Shown here piece after piece: positions 37,582-47,447 of a stretch of 64,000 nt of DNA. The position numbers and the translations under genes were made by a program. Source of the DNA: Candidatus Delongbacteria bacterium (GTDB lineage: Bacteria > CAIWAD01); contig OY760505.1 of the NCBI GenBank assembly GCA_963663545.1, positions 2,912,001 to 2,976,000 on the forward strand, written 5' to 3'. The first letter of the stretch is position 1; each line of letters opens with the position of its first letter. The notes under the pieces are model-generated. The model was not told the DNA's origin. It did not search any database and was given only the letters and a program-made list of their open reading frames with translations.

Positions 37582-38733
37582 ATGTCAAACAGTAGCGCAT
37601 TCGGCGAGATCAAGCTTCGTCCCTTTACTCCGCTACCTGTGCAGACTCCGGCACCCGTGTATTACATCCCGCTTGGCGATGGGCGGTCAGTCCAGGAGTG
37701 GGCCGCCGCCGTGTTACAACTCTTCCGCACACTGCAACCGGCTTCCATGATCAAGCGGAACCAGCTGGTGGCGCTGAAGCAGCATTTCGGCGAGCGTGGC
37801 AACAACGGCTACTTGAAGCCCGAGCTGGTAGCGGGACTGGTGCAGGAAGTCCGTGGCCACGGCGGTCGTCCTTTGCTGATTGAGACCAACACGCTGTACA
37901 AGGGCTCGCGCAGTGACAGCTACGAGCACCTCAGCACTGCCTATGATCATGGCTTCACGCCGGATCGCGTCGGCGCGCCCATTTTGATCTGCGATGGCTT
38001 CAATGGCCAGAATCAGCAAGCAGTGGCCGTGCCCGGCAAGCAGATCACAACCGCCTGGCTCGCGAGCGATGTCTTTTTCTTTGATGTCCTGGTCTGCCTG
38101 TCACACGTCAAGGGCCACATGATGGCTGGCATGGGGGCTGCTCTTAAGAATCTGGCCATGGGACTGAGTGGGCGCGCGGGAAAGCTGGCGCAGCACGCCG
38201 ATTTTCGACCCGCCTTTGATGCGCAGAAGTGCACGACCTGCGGCGCGTGTGTCACGTGGTGCCCTACGGACGCCTTGGCGCTGGAGGAGGATGACGATCA
38301 TCCACGGCTGGCAAGTGACACATGTATCGGCTGTGGCGAATGTCTCACGGTCTGTCGCGATGGTGCCATCGGCTTCGATTGGAATACGCCCATCGGCACC
38401 GGCTTCTACACGAAAATGACCGAGTATGCCTTGGCGGCAGCCAGCCTGTTTAGTGGTCGCGCCTTTTACATCAACGTCATCAACCATGTGTCGAAACACT
38501 GCGACTGCATGGGCGAGCCCAGCGATCCCGTCGCTCCGGATCTGGGTGTGGTGGCAGGTTGGGATCCGCTTGCCGTTGATCGCGCGTGTTACGACTTGTG
38601 CCAACGCGCATATGGCGAGAACATCTGGGAGCGCGAGCATCCGCAGGTGAAAATGGACTACCTCTTCCAGTATGCGGCGGAGATCGGCCTGGGCAGCCTG
38701 GAGTACAATTTGACGGAGCTTCCCCTGGAGTAA
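37582..38733 (+). CDS. DUF362-domain protein with 2x[4Fe-4S] ferredoxin motifs
   Basis: KQHFGERGN, NTLYKGSR, SHVKGH, KNLAMG, CTTCGACVTWCP, CIGCGECLTVC, CDC. Confidence 0.88.
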   Translation: MSNSSAFGEIKLRPFTPLPVQTPAPVYYIPLGDGRSVQEWAAAVLQLFRTLQPASMIKRNQLVALKQHFGERGNNGYLKPELVAGLVQEVRGHGGRPLLIETNTLYKGSRSDSYEHLSTAYDHGFTPDRVGAPILICDGFNGQNQQAVAVPGKQITTAWLASDVFFFDVLVCLSHVKGHMMAGMGAALKNLAMGLSGRAGKLAQHADFRPAFDAQKCTTCGACVTWCPTDALALEEDDDHPRLASDTCIGCGECLTVCRDGAIGFDWNTPIGTGFYTKMTEYALAAASLFSGRAFYINVINHVSKHCDCMGEPSDPVAPDLGVVAGWDPLAVDRACYDLCQRAYGENIWEREHPQVKMDYLFQYAAEIGLGSLEYNLTELPLE

Positions 38734-38834
38734 AAAGCCGGGTACATCACTAGGACGCACCCGGCTCGCCGCGATGCGGCATGAGGGGGTATCGTAGCAA
38801 GCCAGCCCGAAGTCCAACGAGTCCGGCTCATCGC

Positions 38835-40895
38835 CTATTTCAGCAGAGTCATCCTGCAGCCTGCAATGGCGTTGTTCATACTCAGCGTGTAGACGTAGTT
38901 ACCACTAGCCACCAGATTCCCGTTTGTATCACATCCGTCCCAGACCACCGAGTACTCGCCAGTGCCGTGCACCAGTATGCGTAGCTCACGAACGAGCTGA
39001 CCCATCATGTTGTAGATCCTCAACACGGCAGCACCGGTGAAGGGCTGTGTCACCTCAAAGGCGATGGTTGTCGTGGGGTTGAAGGGATTGGGATAGTTAC
39101 CCTTGAGGGCGAAGCCCAGCGGTGTCACATCGTGATCGCGCGGCTCCTCCACATCCACTTCCTCGCCGAAGGAGGTGAACTCGCTAAGTACACCGAAGGC
39201 GAGGCTTAGTGCCGTGATTTCCTCTTCGAGGGCTTCCGCTTCGGGACTGCCTTCGTCATAGGTGTAATACAAAGCCGTGAGATACTCGATTTTCTGCGAT
39301 GCCCAGACTTTGCTCAGAAAGCGCCTGTTTTCAATGTTCTCCTGTGCCATTGTGACTTCATAGGTGTAGCTCACCTCTTCGCCATACACCATGCCACTTA
39401 ACTCAATGGCACACGGCCCGCCGTTGTGGCGGCCGCTCACCAGCATCTGGCGTCCCAGATAGAGATTCGGCAGAGCTACCGGATACACTTCATCAATGGT
39501 ACAACCACTGAATGTGATACTTGGCGAGAGGAGCACTGGATTGCGGATCAGGTTATAGAAGCCTGTGATACACGACTCAAGCTCGCTGTCTGCGGCGAAT
39601 TCCACGATGCCATTGTTCTGCACAGCCAGGTTGCCTAGCAGACTGCGGTTGACGTCCCTGCCGATGCCGAAGGGGAACAGAAAAATCGGCACGCTAAGGC
39701 TGTTTACTTCAGAGCTGACAAGACTCAGAATAGCGTCTTCGTCTGTGATACCAACCGTCGGCTGTCCGTCGGTGAAGAAGATGATAATGTTGGCATTTCC
39801 TGCCTCGTCGTCGGCAAACTGCTGAATTGCTTCTTGTAACACACCGGAGATATATGTGCCACCGGTTGCGTAGCGCTGTGAGATCCAGCTCAGGGCCTGC
39901 GACTGGGTTGTTGCATTAAAGTCAACGTGATCCGCCGCAAAAGAGGTAATCGTACTGTTGAAGCCGACCAGATTGAAGCGGTCGCCCTCGTTCAGGTTGT
40001 TTACGATATACGTCGCAGCCTCTCGCGCCTGCACGATTTTGTTGCCGCCCATGCTTCCCGAACAGTCGATGATCAGCGTGAAAGTTTTCTCGATGACCGT
40101 CGAAGCATCGTCGGGATCGGGCTCGGCGATAAAGGTGAAAAAGCCTCCCATTCCTTCGTCGGGCACCAGACTATCCGGCAGCATGGTACTTAGTGCAAAG
40201 AGCCCAAGGTCGTCTGTTGAGAGTCGGTAGCTGACGTGATAGTTTGCCGTAGCGTAACAGGCTTCCCGCAAGAGGTTCACCGAGGCCGTGTGCCCGTCGT
40301 TTTCCGTGTTGCACACGTATTCCTCGTTCATCCACAGCTCGGTGATTTCCCGCTCTGAAATCAGGTTGAGGTTCAATTCTTGACTCACCAGAGGCGCGGT
40401 CTGCAGCAGGTGATAATCCGCCGGGAAGGTCCAGCTGACTACACCGTCGGCGTAGGGCAGAAGCTCGACGTAATCCAGCTCGACGATCAGCAGACTGTCC
40501 ACGTGAACAGGTGTGCTGATCTGGTAATACACCGGGTTTTCGCCCAGATAGGCGCGCAGAGTCTGATGCATGCCATCTTCGCCGGGCATGGTGGTATCCT
40601 GCGGAGTGGCGGCAAATGAGGCTTCGTGCCACGTTCCTTCTACAAACCAGCGCAGACGCGTGGCCGACGCGCCATCGGGAAGGGGGAACGCGTACTTGAC
40701 GGTGGCGTCCTGCACTCCCTGATTGCGGAATTCTGCGCGTGTGGAGACTTGAGCGACCTGGTTCTCTACTTCTACAGAAGTCTCTGTTGCACGCAGTGGC
40801 AGATACGTGCACAAACTGGCGTCCAGTACCGCGACACCGTGTGCGAACACTTGGCCTGCTAGAATTAGCAAGAAGGCTAGGTGTTTCATCTCCAT
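38835..40895 (-). CDS. Secreted VIT + vWA domain protein with C-terminal FlgD-Ig/sorting domain
   Basis: VIT-like F.N...Y.FPLP; MIDAS IDCSGSMG, GGT, FFTDGQP; YPNPFNP...VVWDGCDTNG. Confidence 0.88.
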   Translation of the reverse strand: MEMKHLAFLLILAGQVFAHGVAVLDASLCTYLPLRATETSVEVENQVAQVSTRAEFRNQGVQDATVKYAFPLPDGASATRLRWFVEGTWHEASFAATPQDTTMPGEDGMHQTLRAYLGENPVYYQISTPVHVDSLLIVELDYVELLPYADGVVSWTFPADYHLLQTAPLVSQELNLNLISEREITELWMNEEYVCNTENDGHTASVNLLREACYATANYHVSYRLSTDDLGLFALSTMLPDSLVPDEGMGGFFTFIAEPDPDDASTVIEKTFTLIIDCSGSMGGNKIVQAREAATYIVNNLNEGDRFNLVGFNSTITSFAADHVDFNATTQSQALSWISQRYATGGTYISGVLQEAIQQFADDEAGNANIIIFFTDGQPTVGITDEDAILSLVSSEVNSLSVPIFLFPFGIGRDVNRSLLGNLAVQNNGIVEFAADSELESCITGFYNLIRNPVLLSPSITFSGCTIDEVYPVALPNLYLGRQMLVSGRHNGGPCAIELSGMVYGEEVSYTYEVTMAQENIENRRFLSKVWASQKIEYLTALYYTYDEGSPEAEALEEEITALSLAFGVLSEFTSFGEEVDVEEPRDHDVTPLGFALKGNYPNPFNPTTTIAFEVTQPFTGAAVLRIYNMMGQLVRELRILVHGTGEYSVVWDGCDTNGNLVASGNYVYTLSMNNAIAGCRMTLLK

Positions 40896-41147
40896 GATTT
40901 CCTCCCTGACCGGATGTAAGGACTATAAGACACAATCAACGGATCATCTCTTCACTCAGCTTTGCTCTGCTTCATTTTGGCTGGAATGCGGGTTGCAGAC
41001 ATTCGTAATGCAAGAATTACGCCAGCACCAGGGTTGCAGATTTTCATCACGTGAGCGCTTTCCCTTGGCTATCTTAGCAAGGCAGCTAGGCTTGAAGGGA
41101 ACGACTCGAGTCGTCACACCACCTGGAAGAAGACAAGGGGTGGATCC

Positions 41148-42332
41148 ATGAACAGGCCAAGAGTCTTGGTTCTCCTATGCGTGATGCTTTGTGTCACACT
41201 CTATGCAGAGGCGCAGACAATGGATGCGCTGCTGAACCAACTCAACCAGTTGCCTGTGCCCAAGCGCCAAAGCGTTGTGGACAGTCTTGTGCACCATCTG
41301 CCTCTCGATGGAGCGCCGATCTGCGAAGACAGCAGTGCCTGGTTTCTCTACTCCGGCATTGGCAGTGGATTGGCCATTGCCGGCGACATGACGGATTGGC
41401 TTCCCGGATTGAACATGCACCAACTCTATGGCACCGATCTCTGGTACTACCGCTTGCACTGCCCGCGTGATGCACGCCTGGATTACAAACTGGTGCGCAA
41501 TGGCGGGGACTGGTTTCTGGATCCACTGAATCCCAGGCGCATCCAGGGAGGATATGGAGACAACTCGGAATTGAAAATGCCGGCGTATCCTTCTCATCCT
41601 GAGATCGAGGATCATGGATTTGAATCACCGAGGGTTGTATCACACGAGGAGTTCTTCAGTCCTCAGTTGAACAACAGTCGTGTGATACGTGTGCTTCTTC
41701 CTCCGAAGTACAAAGAATGCGTGATGCACGACGTGTTGATTGTGCACGACGGTCTTGATTTCATCAGTCTGGGTAGGCTGGCCAACGTATTGGCCTGGCT
41801 GGCTGAGAAGCAGCCGGAAGTGCAGTTGCCGATTTGTGTCTGTATTCCTGCCATCAATCGGCGGGATGAATATGAAGCGGCTCAGCAGGTGGATTTTGGC
41901 CGTTTCATTGTGGAGACCGTGCGCCCCTTCGTGATGGAACACTATGAGACACACGGCGATGATCCGGAGCATTGGGCCTGTCTAGGTTCCAGCAACGGCG
42001 GCAATATATCCCTGTATCTGGCACGCACTTATCCTGATTGCTTTCACAAACTGGCGCTGATGAGCCCTTACATTCCCGACGAGCAGAGCTTAGGCATACT
42101 GGGACAGCCGTCGGATACGTATCACATCTATTTGAATTACGGTTTTTACGATCTGGAACCACTACAGGAGCCCATTCGCCGTTTCATCGCCCAGACTCAA
42201 CAGGCGGGAATCGCGCTTGAGTCACACATGTACAATGAAGGCCATTCCTGGGGCATGTGGCGTGCTACACTGGCGGAAGCGTTGTTGTATCTGTACGGAA
42301 CTGCTGAGGATCAGGAGCCTGCCATCCGCTGA
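41148..42332 (+). CDS. Secreted alpha/beta-hydrolase (enterochelin esterase/Fes-like) with N-terminal CBM48-like domain
   Basis: IAGDMTDW, LDYKL, LDPLNP, VLLPP, HDG, GSSNGG nucleophile elbow, EGHSW. Confidence 0.82.
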   Translation: MNRPRVLVLLCVMLCVTLYAEAQTMDALLNQLNQLPVPKRQSVVDSLVHHLPLDGAPICEDSSAWFLYSGIGSGLAIAGDMTDWLPGLNMHQLYGTDLWYYRLHCPRDARLDYKLVRNGGDWFLDPLNPRRIQGGYGDNSELKMPAYPSHPEIEDHGFESPRVVSHEEFFSPQLNNSRVIRVLLPPKYKECVMHDVLIVHDGLDFISLGRLANVLAWLAEKQPEVQLPICVCIPAINRRDEYEAAQQVDFGRFIVETVRPFVMEHYETHGDDPEHWACLGSSNGGNISLYLARTYPDCFHKLALMSPYIPDEQSLGILGQPSDTYHIYLNYGFYDLEPLQEPIRRFIAQTQQAGIALESHMYNEGHSWGMWRATLAEALLYLYGTAEDQEPAIR

Positions 42333-42661
42333 CAAATCATTCTACTGCATAGCACATTTTCGTGTGCGGCGCTGATAACATTGTGTAACTTTCCTCCCGT
42401 GATTCGGCACAGATGGCCTTCCGGCTTCCTGAAGGCGCCCTTCGAGTGAGATTTCGTTTTGTTACCTAAGTCCCTCCTTCGCTGCCAGCGGCAGGTGAAG
42501 CCAAGGGCATTACTAGAACAGGGAAGGGATGAGAGTACCCTTCTCAAGACGTTGGCCGCCTGCGGGCGGCCGCGTCATTTTAGGTGCTTTTCACTCGGCA
42601 CACACGGCATCTATACTACCTTGAGCATGCAGGGGGACACCCCCGTATCACGAAGAAGGAA

Positions 42662-44062
42662 ATGAAAACGCATGAGGACATGATGGAAAGCTTTTCCCGA
42701 CAGTTGGCTCGTTTCGCCCTGGGCGTGCGGTATGAAGATCTGCCCGAGGAAGTGATCCACGAGGTCAAGCGCTATTTGTACGACAGCGTTGGCTGTGCTT
42801 ACGGTGCAGTCGCCACAAAGGATGTGAAAGCTGTCCACGACATCTACACCGAGTTGGGTGGCAAGGAAGAGGCGACGATCATCGGTCACGGCAATCGCAT
42901 GCCCGGCGTCAACGCCAGTCTGGTGAATGCGCTGATGATCCGCTCGCTGGATTTCAACGATATCTACTGGAAGGAAGACCCCAGCCATCCTTCCGACATC
43001 ATTCCAGCAGCCCTATCGGCAGCTGAGATGGTGGGCGCCGACATGCGCGAGGTGATCGTGGGCATCGCCCTGGCTTACGAGTTCGAACAGCGCATGTGCC
43101 TGTTTGCCAAGCCGGGTGTGCGTGAGCGCGGTTGGCACCACGCCACCTTGACCCAGTTCGTCAGTCCGCTGGTGGCTGGACGTGTGCTTGGTCTGACGGA
43201 AGACCAGATGGTCAACGCCGTCGGTATCAGCGCGTGTCACAATCACACCATCGGTTGCCCCACAGCCGGCAAGCTGACTATGATGAAGAACACGGTGGAT
43301 CCCATGGCGACCCAGGCGGGTGTCTTTGCTGCCATGCTGGCCGCAAAGGGCTACACCGGTACCGAGGCAGTGTTTGAGGGCAAGGAAGGCCTGAAGCACT
43401 GTTTCGGTGAGGCTTGGGACGACGAAGCGCTGCTGGGAAATCTGCCCGGGACGCCGGGTGGCCTGCCCTGGAAGGTGCTTGAATGCAGCATGAAGGCTTT
43501 CCCGACGGAGGCGCTGACGCACACTCACCTTTCCGCCACCCTCAAGGTCATGAAGGGCAACAGCCTGACCTGGCAGGATATCGACGAAGTCGTGATTACC
43601 ACCATCGCCCGCGCGTGTGACATTCTCTTTGATCCGCACAAGTACCGTCCCGACAGCCGTGAGACGGCGGATCACAGCCTGCCATATTGCGTAGCCGCTG
43701 CCATAGTGGATCAGAAGATCACCACCGACAGCTTCAGTGATGCAAAGATGAAGGACCCGGCCCTCTGGGAGGTCATTGATCGCATCAAGGGTGAAGCCAG
43801 CGTCGAGTTTGAGCAGATGTTCCCGGCCAAGCAACCCAGCCGTGTGCGTGTGAAAACCAAGGACAGACGCGAGTTCGTCGAATACCTCGAGTACCCCAAG
43901 GGAGATCCGCGTGAGCCGATGACCCAGGAGGATCTGGAGAACAAGTTCAACGCTCTAGTCGGCGATCGCATGAGCGATGAGCGCAAACGCCAGGTGCGCG
44001 ATCACATTTTCTCCTGCGAGAGCATGAGCGCGCGGGAGTTCATGGACGGCCTGCGTTTCTAG
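42662..44062 (+). CDS. prpD: MmgE/PrpD family protein (2-methylcitrate dehydratase-like)
   Basis: RSLDFND, SHPSDII, SRETADHSLPY, YPKGDP; start ATG 42662 or 42680. Confidence 0.82.
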   Translation: MKTHEDMMESFSRQLARFALGVRYEDLPEEVIHEVKRYLYDSVGCAYGAVATKDVKAVHDIYTELGGKEEATIIGHGNRMPGVNASLVNALMIRSLDFNDIYWKEDPSHPSDIIPAALSAAEMVGADMREVIVGIALAYEFEQRMCLFAKPGVRERGWHHATLTQFVSPLVAGRVLGLTEDQMVNAVGISACHNHTIGCPTAGKLTMMKNTVDPMATQAGVFAAMLAAKGYTGTEAVFEGKEGLKHCFGEAWDDEALLGNLPGTPGGLPWKVLECSMKAFPTEALTHTHLSATLKVMKGNSLTWQDIDEVVITTIARACDILFDPHKYRPDSRETADHSLPYCVAAAIVDQKITTDSFSDAKMKDPALWEVIDRIKGEASVEFEQMFPAKQPSRVRVKTKDRREFVEYLEYPKGDPREPMTQEDLENKFNALVGDRMSDERKRQVRDHIFSCESMSAREFMDGLRF

Positions 44063-44109
44063 CTGTGCACAGGGGCGGCCGCGGTCGCCCCTTTCATTTT
44101 GGAGAAGCC

Positions 44110-44952
44110 ATGCTGCGTGTAGAGAAGGTGCAGTACCGCTACGGTGATACACTGGCCCTCGATGATGTCAGCCTGCAATTGGAAGCAGGTGGCATTTTGG
44201 GGCTGCTGGGGCCGAACGGAGCCGGAAAGACGACGCTTGTATCCCTGGTGGCGGGGTTACGTGAACCCTGTGCAGGACAAGTACGCGTGAAAGGCGGTGA
44301 TCCGCGAAAACCAGAAGTGCGCCGTCGGTTGGGACTGGTTCCGCAGGAGTTGGCGCTTTATGAGGAACTAAGCGCAAAGGCCAATCTGGAGTTCTTCGGC
44401 AGTGTACAAGGGCTTCATGGTAACGGGTTGCGCAAACGTATCACATGGTGTCTGGACTTCGCCGGACTAAGCGACCGTGCTACAGACAAGGTGGAAGCCT
44501 TCTCTGGAGGCATGAAGCGTCGGCTTAACCTGGCGGTTGCGCTGCTGGCGGAGCCGGATCTGCTGGTACTCGATGAGCCGACGGTGGGTGTGGACCCACA
44601 GTCGCGGCGTGCGCTGCTGGATCGCATCTTCGAGTTGCGTGAGACAGGAACCGCCGTGCTCTACACGACGCACTACATGGAAGAAGCGCAGCAGCTCTGC
44701 GACCGTGTTGCCATTGTGGATCACGGGCGCATGCTGGCAGAGGGGCCAGTGAAGGAGTTGCTGCAAAAGTATGGTGATGAGCAGCAGCTCGAGGTACGAT
44801 TTGCCGACGGCAGTGAGATCATTCGTGGCGAAAACCCGCTGGAGCAGTTGGCGGCAATGAAGGATCGCGGTCGTGTTCTGGGCATGAGCCTGGAGCAGGC
44901 GAACCTGGAGCAGGTCTTTCTGAAGTTGACCGGTCGCGGTCTGAGAGATTAG
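44110..44952 (+). CDS. ABC-2 type exporter ATPase
   Basis: GPNGAGKT, FSGGMKRRLNLA, LDEPTVGVDPQSR, TTHYMEEA. Confidence 0.92.
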   Translation: MLRVEKVQYRYGDTLALDDVSLQLEAGGILGLLGPNGAGKTTLVSLVAGLREPCAGQVRVKGGDPRKPEVRRRLGLVPQELALYEELSAKANLEFFGSVQGLHGNGLRKRITWCLDFAGLSDRATDKVEAFSGGMKRRLNLAVALLAEPDLLVLDEPTVGVDPQSRRALLDRIFELRETGTAVLYTTHYMEEAQQLCDRVAIVDHGRMLAEGPVKELLQKYGDEQQLEVRFADGSEIIRGENPLEQLAAMKDRGRVLGMSLEQANLEQVFLKLTGRGLRD

Positions 44953-44968
44953 TCCCACTGGGGTAAGT

Positions 44969-46291
44969 ATGCGAGTACTACTGACACTAGCCTGGAAGGA
45001 TCTGCGCATTCTGTTGGCAGATCGCATGGGCATGATTTTCACGGTTTTCTTTCCACTGATCTACGCCGTCTTTTTCGGACTCATCTTCTCAGGTGGCGGC
45101 GAAGGCGGGCGTAGCAAGATTCCCGTTGCGTTGGTGGACGCCGACAGCACGGCGCGCTCGATAGCCTTTGCCGATTCGCTGAGCGTATCCTCGGAATTGA
45201 GTGTTACGTATCACGGTGACACAGAGGGAGCGCGGGAGGCTGTGCGTCGCGGCAGATCAACGGCCATGATTCTGCTGCCGCCTGGATTCGGGGAGCGCCT
45301 TGGTCGCTTTGCCTATGGCGAACCGGCAAACCTGAAACTGGGTGTCGATCCTTCCCGCAAGGCTGAAGCTGGCATGCTGCAGGCTGTGCTTTTTCAGACA
45401 GCAGCAGAGTTCATGCAAATGGGTTTCAGCGATTTTAATACGCAGAAGCAGGATCTGAGCGCCTGGCGTGATACGCTGCGCCAGGTGGAAAATCAGGAAG
45501 ATGTGGGTTATGTGCTGACTTTCTTCGATGCGCTGGAAAGTTTCCTTTCCGAAGAGGAGAGCCGTAGCACCGAAACCATGGATGCAGCGGATTCAAGCTC
45601 GCGCGGGTCTGAGAATTGGGGCGGTTTCACTCCGCTCAAGGTCGAGGAGCTCAGCATTCAGCGGGAGCGATTTGGCCCACCCAATGCTTTCACCATCACC
45701 TTTCCGCAGGGCATCATCTGGGGATTGCTGGGGGCTACAGCAGGATTCGCCCTCGGCCTTGTGCTGGAGCGCCGACGTGGTACGCTGCGACGACTGCTGG
45801 CCTCACCCTTGGGCTGGGCGAAAATCCTGGGCGGACGCGCGCTAGCCTGTTTCATTTTCTGCTTCCTCATGAGCCTTGTCCTGATTCTGCTGGGCGTGAC
45901 ACTCTTTGGTGTTCAAGTGCAGCAGCCATTGTACCTGCTGCTGGTTTTGCTGGCAATAGCACTGTGTTTCACGGGAGTGATGATGATCATCGCCTCCATG
46001 GGACGCAGCGAAGCCAGCGTGGGTGGAATTGGTTGGGGCGTGAACCTGCTGATGGCGATGCTTGGTGGCGGCATGGTGCCTCTCTTCTTCATGCCGCAGT
46101 GGCTGCAGCGCGTTGGCGTCATCAGTCCTGTGCGCTGGGCGGTCATTGGCATCGAGGGTTGCCTCTGGCGTGGTTTCAGCCTGAGCGAACTGATGGTACC
46201 TTTGCTTGTGATGTCGGCCATTGGAGTCGGTTGTCTGACTCTGGGCGTGTTTTTGTTGAGGCGCATCGGCTTTGCCGGAGAAGGCGCATAG
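44969..46291 (+). CDS. ABC-2 type exporter permease
   Basis: KDLRILLADR, ERRRGTLRRL, LGGGMVP, SPVRWA; TM1, extracytoplasmic domain and about 5 further TMs. Confidence 0.88.
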   Translation: MRVLLTLAWKDLRILLADRMGMIFTVFFPLIYAVFFGLIFSGGGEGGRSKIPVALVDADSTARSIAFADSLSVSSELSVTYHGDTEGAREAVRRGRSTAMILLPPGFGERLGRFAYGEPANLKLGVDPSRKAEAGMLQAVLFQTAAEFMQMGFSDFNTQKQDLSAWRDTLRQVENQEDVGYVLTFFDALESFLSEEESRSTETMDAADSSSRGSENWGGFTPLKVEELSIQRERFGPPNAFTITFPQGIIWGLLGATAGFALGLVLERRRGTLRRLLASPLGWAKILGGRALACFIFCFLMSLVLILLGVTLFGVQVQQPLYLLLVLLAIALCFTGVMMIIASMGRSEASVGGIGWGVNLLMAMLGGGMVPLFFMPQWLQRVGVISPVRWAVIGIEGCLWRGFSLSELMVPLLVMSAIGVGCLTLGVFLLRRIGFAGEGA

Positions 46292-46307
46292 TCTCCAGGA
46301 GATACAA

Positions 46308-47447
46308 ATGCAGGAAGCACTCAGTCCGCTTTTACTTCGTGTGACACAACCACCCATGGCGTGCAGTTCGCTGCCTAAAGTGAAGGGCGTGATACGTTGC
46401 CGCCCTGAAGATTTTCGCGTGGAAGAGCTGCCGCAGTACGCGCCTGATGGCAGTGTCGGTGCTCATTTCATGCTAACTATGACCAAAACGGGCATGAACA
46501 CAGAAGATGCCTTGCGCATTGTTTCGCGTGCCCTCGATGTGCCACGGCCCGAGGTCGGCTTGGCCGGACTGAAGGATCGTCACGCGGTGACAACGCAGTG
46601 GATTACGGTACCGGCATCTGCAGAATCTGCGCTGAGCGGGTTTCATCACGATTGCATCACACTCGGGCAGGCTTTTCCACATGGCAATAAACTGCGACGT
46701 GGACACCTTGCGGGTAATCGTTTTCGTATTGTCGTGCGCGATCTGTGTTGTTCACAGGAGGAAGCGCTCCAGCGTATCGAAGCGCGGCTTGATTGTCTGC
46801 GTGAAGAGGGCGGCCTGCGCAACTATTATGGTCCGCAGCGATTCGGCTATGGGGCGGCAAATGTATCACGTGGGCTTCGCCTGCTGAACGCACCTCAGCG
46901 GATACGCAAAGGTGACCTGATGCTCTCTGCCGCGCAAAGTGCCGTGTTCAATCTGACCTTGGCAAATCGCGTGGAGCAAGGCTTGATGACCACGGTCCTG
47001 CGTGGCGATGTGTTACGTCGTCGCGAGTCGGGTGGCGCTTTTATCTGCGACGATCCAACCGTAGACCAACAACGCTTTGACGCGGGAGAGTTGGGACTGA
47101 CGGCGCCCTTGCCGGGATCCAAGATGCTCAACCCGCCTGCGGATAGTCCGGCCGGGGAGCAAGAGGAACGTGCCATGGCCGAGCTGGGCGTGCGCAGCGA
47201 GCAGTGGCGTTCGCTTGGCAAGAAAGCTCAGGGCAGTCGCCGTGATCTTCTGCTTTCCCTTGCTGAAATGAAGCTCAGCGTCGGCGTCGAGTCCGCCACA
47301 GATGCGCTGAGCGCGGGACTGGCGCTCGAGTTCATTCTGCCTGCAGGAGCCTTCGCCACGGTCTTGCTGACAGAGCTGTTGGGCACTTACGACGAAATGG
47401 ATCACCGTGAGCCAAACCCGCCACAGGAAGATGAGAACGAAGAATAG
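46308..47447 (+). CDS. truD: tRNA pseudouridine(13) synthase
   Basis: PEDFRVEE, AGLKDRHAVTTQW, GNRF, NYYGPQRFG, SAAQSAVFN, LPAGAFAT. Confidence 0.93.
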   Translation: MQEALSPLLLRVTQPPMACSSLPKVKGVIRCRPEDFRVEELPQYAPDGSVGAHFMLTMTKTGMNTEDALRIVSRALDVPRPEVGLAGLKDRHAVTTQWITVPASAESALSGFHHDCITLGQAFPHGNKLRRGHLAGNRFRIVVRDLCCSQEEALQRIEARLDCLREEGGLRNYYGPQRFGYGAANVSRGLRLLNAPQRIRKGDLMLSAAQSAVFNLTLANRVEQGLMTTVLRGDVLRRRESGGAFICDDPTVDQQRFDAGELGLTAPLPGSKMLNPPADSPAGEQEERAMAELGVRSEQWRSLGKKAQGSRRDLLLSLAEMKLSVGVESATDALSAGLALEFILPAGAFATVLLTELLGTYDEMDHREPNPPQEDENEE

